From: an uncultured Methanosarcinales archaeon
GTDB lineage: Archaea > Nanobdellota > Nanobdellia > Woesearchaeales > CAYNLP01
Reading direction: 5' to 3'
Length of the DNA stretch: 44,280 bases
Assembly (NCBI GenBank): GCA_964398115.1
Contig: CAYNLP010000002.1
Location: 36,724-81,003 of the forward strand
Each line of letters opens with the position of its first letter. The stretch's first letter is position 1. Positions 37,285-44,280 of this stretch are shown piece after piece. The notes under the pieces were generated by a model. The model was not told where the DNA came from and did not search any database. It saw only the letters and a program-made list of their open reading frames with translations. Both the position numbers and the translations under genes were made by a program.

Positions 37285-40200
37285 ATGACACCACAACAAA
37301 TGAAAAAAGTAATTCAAGAACGACAAGATAAGTACGAAAACATCAAACAAACTAACGGAATTCCAGACAAGATACAAGCAACAGAAAACCAGAGGAAAGT
37401 CATCAAAGACAAATACATCAAAGTAGCAGACAGCCTAGAAGAATGGCTAAGGATCGTATCAAGAAACATCGCCCTGGCAGAACTACTACACCACGACGAA
37501 TTCAAAGACGAAATATTCAAAGGCGTAGACTACGAAGAAAAAACATTCGAATTCGAAAATCACAACCTGCCAGAAAGCACAACCTACTACCTACACGCAG
37601 GCAAAGACGACCACGACGCGATGGAAGACAACTTCGACAAATTCATAGAAAACCTAGAAAGAGTTGCCGACAACAACGAAAAAGCAGGTCGCATCGTAAA
37701 AGAAATGGAAGACTTATTCTACAGCATGATGTCCCAATGGGACTTCCTACCTAACAGTCCAACACTGATGAACGCAGGCAGAGACTTACAACAACTAAGC
37801 GCGTGCTACGTACTCCCAGTAGAAGACAGCGTAGAAGGCTGGGGAGACGCAGTAAAGAACACAATGCTAATCCACAAAAGCGGCGGAGGAACAGGATTCA
37901 GCGGATGCAGAGTCCGACCCAGGGGAAGCATCGTACAAAGCACAAAAGGCGTCGCATCAGGACCTATGAGCGTGTTCAAAATGGTCGACGCAATGACACA
38001 ACAAATTAAACAAGGAGGAATGAGAAGAGGAGCCAACATGGGCATCCTACCATACCACCACCCAGACATTGAAGAATTCGTAAACAGCAAAAAAGACAAC
38101 GACGAACTAGAAAACTTCAACATTTCCGTAGCTATTGACAGCGACTTCATGAAAGCAGTGAAAAACGACGAAGAAATAGAACTAGTCAATCCACACACGG
38201 ACAAAGTAGAAGGACAAATAAGAGCACAAGAACTATGGAACACCATGATAGAAAACGCATGGGCAACAGGAGACCCAGGATTCGTAAACCTAGAAAGAAT
38301 AAACGAAAGCCGAAGCAACCCCACGCCGGAAGTGGGACAAATTGAATCAACCAATCCTTGCGTTACTGGAGACACTTTGATAAGCACGGATGAAGGTCTA
38401 GTAAGCATTGAAGAACTTGCTAACAGGGAAGGAGGATCTAACATATACGTGGATTCCAGAACTGAAACAGTAGAAAGCAATAATTTACTAATGAATCAAT
38501 TAGGGACTAGACTGGTACGGGCCACGAAAGCTTGGAAAACAGGTGTGAAAGACACTTATAAAGTAAAAACCAAGAGTGGATATGAGGTTGAAGCAACCGC
38601 GGACCACAAAGTTTTGACAAAAGAAGGATGGAAAGAAGTCCAAGACTTGACAGAAGACGATAAACTCTTGATACAATCAGATGAAGGAGGATTTCCTGAA
38701 AACGCCGAATTACCAACCAGTTTTAACGGATACACTCAATGGAATAAGAAACTAGGTCAAGTGCTTGGATGGCTAGTTGGTGACGGCTGGCTAAGATCTG
38801 GAGATGAAAACCGAAGAGCTGGTTTCTGTTTCGGCGAAAAAGACACTGATGTTTTCAAAGAACTCAAACCATTCTTGAACAAACTATATGGAAAAGAGAT
38901 AAAAGAAGTTGAAAGAGAGAATGGAACGATACACTTGTCGTATCACTCAAAACCTTTCGTTAACTTCTTCAAAGAACTCGGTGTTAAACCTGTGAAGTCG
39001 AAAGAAAAAGTAATGCCAGAGAGTTTGTTCAGAGCTAGCGAAGATGCAGTTAAAGGATTCCTGCAAGCACTCTTCACTGCTGATGGCACGGTGAGTGCTT
39101 CTGAGAATAAGACACATTATGTTAGGCTTTCCTCCAAGTCTAGACGACTGTTAGAAGGTGTTCAAAAACTGTTGGTCAATCTCGGAATAAAATCCAAGAT
39201 TTACAACAGATCAAGACCGTCTAGAAAAGTTTTCGCTTACGAGAATAAAGACGGAGATTCAGTTGAATACGACTCTGATGGAGTTCTCTACGAACTTCAA
39301 ATAAGTAAAGATCTAATTCCCAAATTCATGGATGAAGTAGGATTCATGTCAGAAAGACACAGTGACAAGATAGAAAAATTAGATAAAGTAAATTACTACA
39401 CCACCCAGTTTGAAGATGAACTGGATTCTGTCACTTACGTTGGAGAAAAACCCGTCTACGATCTCACCGAACCATTAACTCATTCATTCATAGGGAATGG
39501 TTTGGTATTGCACAACTGTGGAGAACAACCTCTGCTACCATACGAACCATGCAACTTGGGAAGCATAAAACTTGCAAACTTCGTCATCGAAGACGAAGAA
39601 AACCCAAGAATTGACTGGGATAGGTTGAGAAACACAGTTCACTTGGCAATTCACTTCTTAGACAACGTTATCGATATCAACAATTATCCACTGCCAGAAA
39701 TTGAAAAGATAGCGAAAGAAAACAGGAGAATCGGCCTTGGAGTGATGGGATGGGCGGAGATGCTGACCAAACTACACATCCCATACAATTCAGACAAGGC
39801 TTACAAACTGGCAGAAGAAGTCATGCAATTCATAAACGAAAACGCACTAGAAGCAAGTGAAAACCTCGCAGCAGAACGAGGAGTATTCCCCAACTGGGAA
39901 GACAGCATCTACGACCCACAAGGAGAAAACTTCGATGATAAAGAAGCTTATCCGAGAAACTGCGCAAGGACGACAATCGCACCAACCGGCACGATCGGAA
40001 TAGCAAGCGGTTGTCAAGGAGCAGGCATCGAACCATACTTCGCAGCCGTCTACACACGATACACGGCAGAAGGAATCGATGCCATAAAGCGAGGTGAAGA
40101 ACCGGATGAGAAACACACATACTACGAAGTTAACAAGGAGCTCAAGAGAGTCGCTGAAAAGAAAGACTACTGGGGAATGGAGCCAGAAGAGCTCTGGGAA

Positions 40201-41085
40201 AAGATTGATGAAAACGACGGAAGCCTAGTAGGCATTGACGAAATCCCAGAAGAAGTACAAGGCTGGTTCCTAACCGCACACGACCTCACACCAGAAGACC
40301 ACGTGAAAGTACAAGCCGCGTTCCAAAGACATGTCGATAATGGCGTGAGCAAAACAGTAAACTTCGATCACGACGCAACTACGGAAGACGTGAAAGAAGT
40401 ATACGAACTCGCATACGAGCTTGGATGTAAAGGAGTCACTATCTACAGAGACGGTAGCAAGGATGAACAAGTCTTGAACAAGAGTGATAGCGAGGAAGAA
40501 AGCGAAGACGCTGAAGAACAAGTCGAAACTGTAGAAGCAGATCAAACTAGCGAATCAAGTGTAAGTCCAGAAGGAGTTGCACCAGCCAAGCAAGCAGCAG
40601 GTCAAGAAGCCAGTGCCTACTACGAACTCGAAACAGGGTACGGACCTGTCCATATCCACATCAACTACGACGCGGAAGGACCGAAGAAAGTGTTTGCTAA
40701 CCTTTCACCTACAGGCACTGAGATTAGCGGTTTGACAACGGCGTGTGGCATCTTGTTGAGCAAGTACTTGGAAGAAGGAGGAGATGCGAAAGATATCCTC
40801 CGACACTTGAACAGCATCAAGGGAGACAAGCCACATGGATTTGGAAAGAACAGGATTGACAGCATCCCGCACGCTATCAGCGTAGCCTTGAAAGACCACT
40901 TGGTAAAGACTGGAAAATTAGAAACTGGACAGACCAAACTAGACTTTGAAGATAAAAAAGTTCAGGACTTTGACGAAGACGGTGATGACCAATACTGTCC
41001 CGAATGCTACAGTCAAAACGTGGCTATGGTCAGCGGATGTGACGAACCAGTCTGCTTCGACTGTGGCTACAGCAAGTGCGGATAA
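37285..41085 (+). CDS. nrdJ: class II (adenosylcobalamin-dependent) ribonucleotide reductase with intein, C-terminal TSCPD-like and Zn-ribbon domains
   Basis: PNSPTLMNAG, LSACYV, GGGTG, RRGANM, TNP|CGEQPL, RRIGLGVMG, TIAPTGT, SKTVN and KGVTIYRDGS. Confidence 0.96.
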   Translation: MTPQQMKKVIQERQDKYENIKQTNGIPDKIQATENQRKVIKDKYIKVADSLEEWLRIVSRNIALAELLHHDEFKDEIFKGVDYEEKTFEFENHNLPESTTYYLHAGKDDHDAMEDNFDKFIENLERVADNNEKAGRIVKEMEDLFYSMMSQWDFLPNSPTLMNAGRDLQQLSACYVLPVEDSVEGWGDAVKNTMLIHKSGGGTGFSGCRVRPRGSIVQSTKGVASGPMSVFKMVDAMTQQIKQGGMRRGANMGILPYHHPDIEEFVNSKKDNDELENFNISVAIDSDFMKAVKNDEEIELVNPHTDKVEGQIRAQELWNTMIENAWATGDPGFVNLERINESRSNPTPEVGQIESTNPCVTGDTLISTDEGLVSIEELANREGGSNIYVDSRTETVESNNLLMNQLGTRLVRATKAWKTGVKDTYKVKTKSGYEVEATADHKVLTKEGWKEVQDLTEDDKLLIQSDEGGFPENAELPTSFNGYTQWNKKLGQVLGWLVGDGWLRSGDENRRAGFCFGEKDTDVFKELKPFLNKLYGKEIKEVERENGTIHLSYHSKPFVNFFKELGVKPVKSKEKVMPESLFRASEDAVKGFLQALFTADGTVSASENKTHYVRLSSKSRRLLEGVQKLLVNLGIKSKIYNRSRPSRKVFAYENKDGDSVEYDSDGVLYELQISKDLIPKFMDEVGFMSERHSDKIEKLDKVNYYTTQFEDELDSVTYVGEKPVYDLTEPLTHSFIGNGLVLHNCGEQPLLPYEPCNLGSIKLANFVIEDEENPRIDWDRLRNTVHLAIHFLDNVIDINNYPLPEIEKIAKENRRIGLGVMGWAEMLTKLHIPYNSDKAYKLAEEVMQFINENALEASENLAAERGVFPNWEDSIYDPQGENFDDKEAYPRNCARTTIAPTGTIGIASGCQGAGIEPYFAAVYTRYTAEGIDAIKRGEEPDEKHTYYEVNKELKRVAEKKDYWGMEPEELWEKIDENDGSLVGIDEIPEEVQGWFLTAHDLTPEDHVKVQAAFQRHVDNGVSKTVNFDHDATTEDVKEVYELAYELGCKGVTIYRDGSKDEQVLNKSDSEEESEDAEEQVETVEADQTSESSVSPEGVAPAKQAAGQEASAYYELETGYGPVHIHINYDAEGPKKVFANLSPTGTEISGLTTACGILLSKYLEEGGDAKDILRHLNSIKGDKPHGFGKNRIDSIPHAISVALKDHLVKTGKLETGQTKLDFEDKKVQDFDEDGDDQYCPECYSQNVAMVSGCDEPVCFDCGYSKCG
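38359..39516 (+). mobile_element. 386-aa intein with LAGLIDADG homing endonuclease in nrdJ
   Basis: Starts CVTGDT; block B ATADH; LGWLVGDG and FLQALFTADG motifs; ends VYDL...HSFIGNGLVLHN followed by extein Cys. Confidence 0.96.
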
Positions 41086-41125
41086 AAACATTTTTATCTT
41101 TTCATTTCTTTCTTTTCTTCTGAAA

Positions 41126-41704
41126 ATGGGGGATAAAGTCTTACTACACTCGGATGGAGAAGGACTCGATTACTATGCTAGTGGAGAGAAAAAACTAGGA
41201 TTGCTTCACGTAGTAACAGGTGATGGAAAAGGAAAAACTACCAGTAGCGTAGGGCTTTGCACGAGAGCAGCCGGTGCCGGATTTAAACCCTTGTTCGTAC
41301 AATTCTTCAAGAAAGAAACCAACGAGTTAGAACCAATGAAAGAAATCGGTGTCGAGGTGAAACAATTCCAATTCCTGGGTCCTTTCTTTAAAGATTACGA
41401 CGAGGAAGAATTTGAAGAAATGCAGGAGGAATTTATGGAATTCTGGGGGGAGGTCAAGCTGAGAATTTCAGATTACGATGTGGTTGTATTGGATGAGATC
41501 GTTTACATAGTTACGGAAGGAGTACTTCCAGAAGAAGATTTTTTGGAATTCTTGGATGAACGCCCTGCAGATACAGAACTAGTGTTGACAGGGAGAGACT
41601 TTCCAGAGTCTATAATTGAAAGGGCGGATTACGTTTCGGAAATTAAAAGAGAGAAGCATCCTTTTGAAAGAGGTGTACCTGCTAGGAAAGGTATAGAGTT
41701 TTAA
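41126..41704 (+). CDS. cobO: cob(I)yrinic acid a,c-diamide/cobalamin adenosyltransferase (CobO/BtuR)
   Basis: TGDGKGKTT, VQFFK, VVLDE, ELVLTGR and KHPF..G..AR.GIEF. ATG at 41126. Confidence 0.93.
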   Translation: MGDKVLLHSDGEGLDYYASGEKKLGLLHVVTGDGKGKTTSSVGLCTRAAGAGFKPLFVQFFKKETNELEPMKEIGVEVKQFQFLGPFFKDYDEEEFEEMQEEFMEFWGEVKLRISDYDVVVLDEIVYIVTEGVLPEEDFLEFLDERPADTELVLTGRDFPESIIERADYVSEIKREKHPFERGVPARKGIEF

Positions 41705-41708
41705 GACG

Positions 41709-41975
41709 ATGATACTTTGGCTCTTTGCTAGTTTTGACTTCTGTATGGGATTACTTCACTTATTTGCACACTGGGATTTAATGCCGTGGAGAGCTCTTGT
41801 AGCCGGGAGTTTCTTGATGGGTGGTAAAGCTTTAATCTTTAACGACCACTTTTTATCCTTCTTAGATGTGTTAAGCGCTATTTACTTGTTCAGTCAAATA
41901 TTTGTTGACAGCACTTTCTTAAGCTATTTCTTCGCTGGATATTTTACGTACAAGTTCTTGATTTCAATATTTTGA
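41709..41975 (+). CDS. small membrane protein
   Basis: Hydrophobic 88-aa ORF 4 nt after cobO. Confidence 0.65.
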   Translation: MILWLFASFDFCMGLLHLFAHWDLMPWRALVAGSFLMGGKALIFNDHFLSFLDVLSAIYLFSQIFVDSTFLSYFFAGYFTYKFLISIF

Positions 41976-42011
41976 AAAACTTTTTATACAACTCACACAT
42001 TCCAAATAGGT

Positions 42012-43088
42012 ATGGGTTGGGTGAGTTTAATTTTAGAAACTGATTACGTCCAGTCGTTACTCTTATTCTTATCGTTTTTCTTCTTTGCTTCCATACTAGA
42101 TTTCTTAATGAAGAAATATGGTGAAAAAATACAAGATCAGAGCAAGGTGTTAGGTAAAATATGTGAAATCTCTCACCGACCTATTTACTTCCTCTTAATG
42201 TTTACAGGTATTTACCTAGCGGTCCAAGTATTCACCTTAGGCCCCAAGTTGGACATGTGGGTTGACAGATCTTTCTTCGTAGTAGAGGCGATGCTCGTTG
42301 CTTACGTGTTGTCAAAAATAAGCTCTGCTATGGTAACAAGTTGGTTGAAAGTTAACAGGCGTTATGAAAAAACTCCTGAATTGATTAACAAAATAATAGC
42401 GGTTATAATCTACGTGATAGCAACTCTTGTCGTGTTAGATCACTTCAACATTGAAATAAGTCCTATCATAGCCACTCTTGGATTAGGAGGTTTAGCAATT
42501 GGCCTCGCTTTGCAAGACACGTTGAAAGATTTCTTTGCAGGTTTGCACATAATCAGTGACCGGCCTATCAGGGTTGGAGATCATATCGAAATTGAAAAAG
42601 GTCCTTCCGGTTATGTTGAAGACATTGGGTGGAGGAGTACTAGGATAAGGACTTTGCCGAACACTTACATTGTTTTGCCTAATTCGAAAATAGCTACGAG
42701 CACTATTGAAAATCATAGCATGCCTGTGAATGAAATGAGTATACGTATACAAGTAGGTGTTGATTACACTAGCGATTTGGAAAGGGTTGAAGATGCAACT
42801 ATTGAAGTTGCTAAAAAAATTCAGGAAGAAGTTGAGGGGGCTGTAGACGATTTTGAACCTTTCATCCGCTTCCATACTTTTGGAGATAATAATATCAACT
42901 TTACCGTGATTTTGCGAGTTAATGAATTCGTGGACAAGTATAGAGTGACGAACGAGTTTATGAAAAGATTGCATGAGAAATACAAGGAGAAAGGAATTGA
43001 AATCAGCTGGCCTATTAGAAAGGTTTATGACATGCAAAAGAAGAGTTCAAAACGTAGAGATAAGAGCTCGGATTCTAAGAAGAAATAG
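42012..43088 (+). CDS. mscS: mechanosensitive ion channel MscS family
   Basis: LGLGGLAIGLALQD, GD.I, G.VEDIGWRSTRI and PNS. Confidence 0.94.
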   Translation: MGWVSLILETDYVQSLLLFLSFFFFASILDFLMKKYGEKIQDQSKVLGKICEISHRPIYFLLMFTGIYLAVQVFTLGPKLDMWVDRSFFVVEAMLVAYVLSKISSAMVTSWLKVNRRYEKTPELINKIIAVIIYVIATLVVLDHFNIEISPIIATLGLGGLAIGLALQDTLKDFFAGLHIISDRPIRVGDHIEIEKGPSGYVEDIGWRSTRIRTLPNTYIVLPNSKIATSTIENHSMPVNEMSIRIQVGVDYTSDLERVEDATIEVAKKIQEEVEGAVDDFEPFIRFHTFGDNNINFTVILRVNEFVDKYRVTNEFMKRLHEKYKEKGIEISWPIRKVYDMQKKSSKRRDKSSDSKKK

Positions 43089-44048
43089 TTATTCTATTAG
43101 TTCCACACTATCTATTTTGCCGTCGCCGTCCATGTCGAAGCCGTCTACGATTGCGGCGAATTGTTTTTGATCATTGAATTTCTGTAAGATTTTATCTGCG
43201 TATCTCGTCAGTCCTATCACAGCTGTTTTTGATCCGATGCATCGGAAACCGGCGAGTATCAAAACGCTATTGTCTGGATTCCAGGGGTTTGGTATTCTTG
43301 CTATAATGCCTGCTTTTTCTTCTGTTGTTCTTCTTCCGGTTTTTTCTGAAACAATCCCGCTGCATAGAAATCCTTCTTCGCTTTCTTTAATGTCGAACTT
43401 GATGGGTAGGAATTCGTTCAATTCTTGCGTTATGATGTTTGTTCCTGGCCCTCCTACTACTATCATGTTTCTTTTGTGTGTTTTTTCTGCTTTGACGTCA
43501 ACGTCTATCTTTACGGAGAACTTGTCTGGAACTTCGCAATATCTTCCTAGGAATAGTGCTAGATCGGTTGCGTAGTGACCGTCTCGAGCGTAGCTTTTGT
43601 AAGGGCCGTGAGGGTCAGGGCTTCCCACTACAAAGTCACAATTGAGTTGTCTCTTTTCTATGAAGGGGTCGAGGAATGTTCTTAATTCGCTGTCTTCAGG
43701 TTCTAAAAGTTGATTGAATTCTTTCCAGTTTTCATCTATGCTGTATGCAAAACTTGTGTGTTTGGCTTGGTACTTCTTTGCTACCGTCCCTCTTATTTCT
43801 TCTTTTCCTGCTTCTTCTAAAACACCTGTGTTAACTAGTTGTTTCAAATGGTAGTACACTTTTTGCTCGTGTATTTCTAGTTCTCTTGCGAGTTGTGCGG
43901 CAAACATTGGCTTTTCGCTTAGTTTCTGCATTATTTTTTGCCTGACTTCGTGGTCTAACACTTTTAGGTTGGGGTTGTCTAGTATCTTGACAGGACTGTA
44001 TTTCATGTTCTGATTGTTTTCTTTTACGAGATAGTATTTGTCACTCAT
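43089..44048 (-). CDS. ArsR-like HTH protein fused to an S-layer-C-like alpha/beta domain
   Basis: R.KI...L..KPM..AQLAREL...EQKVYYHL..L, then NMIVVGGPGTN and terminal DMDGDGKID. Confidence 0.8.
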   Translation of the reverse strand: MSDKYYLVKENNQNMKYSPVKILDNPNLKVLDHEVRQKIMQKLSEKPMFAAQLARELEIHEQKVYYHLKQLVNTGVLEEAGKEEIRGTVAKKYQAKHTSFAYSIDENWKEFNQLLEPEDSELRTFLDPFIEKRQLNCDFVVGSPDPHGPYKSYARDGHYATDLALFLGRYCEVPDKFSVKIDVDVKAEKTHKRNMIVVGGPGTNIITQELNEFLPIKFDIKESEEGFLCSGIVSEKTGRRTTEEKAGIIARIPNPWNPDNSVLILAGFRCIGSKTAVIGLTRYADKILQKFNDQKQFAAIVDGFDMDGDGKIDSVELIE

Positions 44049-44280
44049 ATTATGTTATAAGAAAAGTTATAATATTTATATAATTTTTTGTAATAATATC
44101 TTGGGTTTAAACGCTAGAAAAACGGTTTAAAAAGTAATAAGCGTTGTTTTCAAATTTATAGGGTTTAAAATTTTCTAATAAAGGTTTATTTCTGGATTGA
44201 AAGGTGAAAAAGGCTTTGTTAATATTTTATTATAGGAAACTTCTTAATTAACCTTTTAAGATATCTTGAATTTCTTAACT

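Overview
A gene-dense, AT-rich archaeal chromosome segment with an acidic proteome. It has TATA-box promoters, many apparently leaderless genes, an A-type ATP synthase, PCNA and a BHB-intron tRNA. The gene families suggest a DPANN (Woesearchaeota/Nanobdellota-like) organism, which is an inference. From left to right: scpB (partial), hypothetical and lamin-tail proteins, a three-gene acidic coiled-coil cluster, intron-containing tRNA-Leu(CAA), RNase J, PCNA, M32 carboxypeptidase, a complete atpHIKECFABD operon and an SLC12/CCC-type transporter. A ~17 kb thiol-redox/envelope region follows, with two VKORs, DsbB, a CcdA-like protein, a flavin disulfide reductase, an FNR-like protein and a PadR-ABC-COG1361 operon. 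The window ends with nrdR, nrdJ (LAGLIDADG intein), cobO, MscS and an HTH regulator. No CRISPR array, rRNA or IS element was seen. The best unannotated signals are: (1) a 33-aa acidic microprotein ending in CEFC, divergently paired with an orphan disulfide reductase; (2) a 43-nt tRNA intron that looks like a minimal K-turn/box C/D guide aimed at C34 of its own tRNA; (3) a saw-tooth strand-composition pattern independent of gene orientation; (4) a dispersed intergenic motif; (5) tandem NrdR boxes over an archaeal promoter. All product calls come from motif recognition, not database searches.
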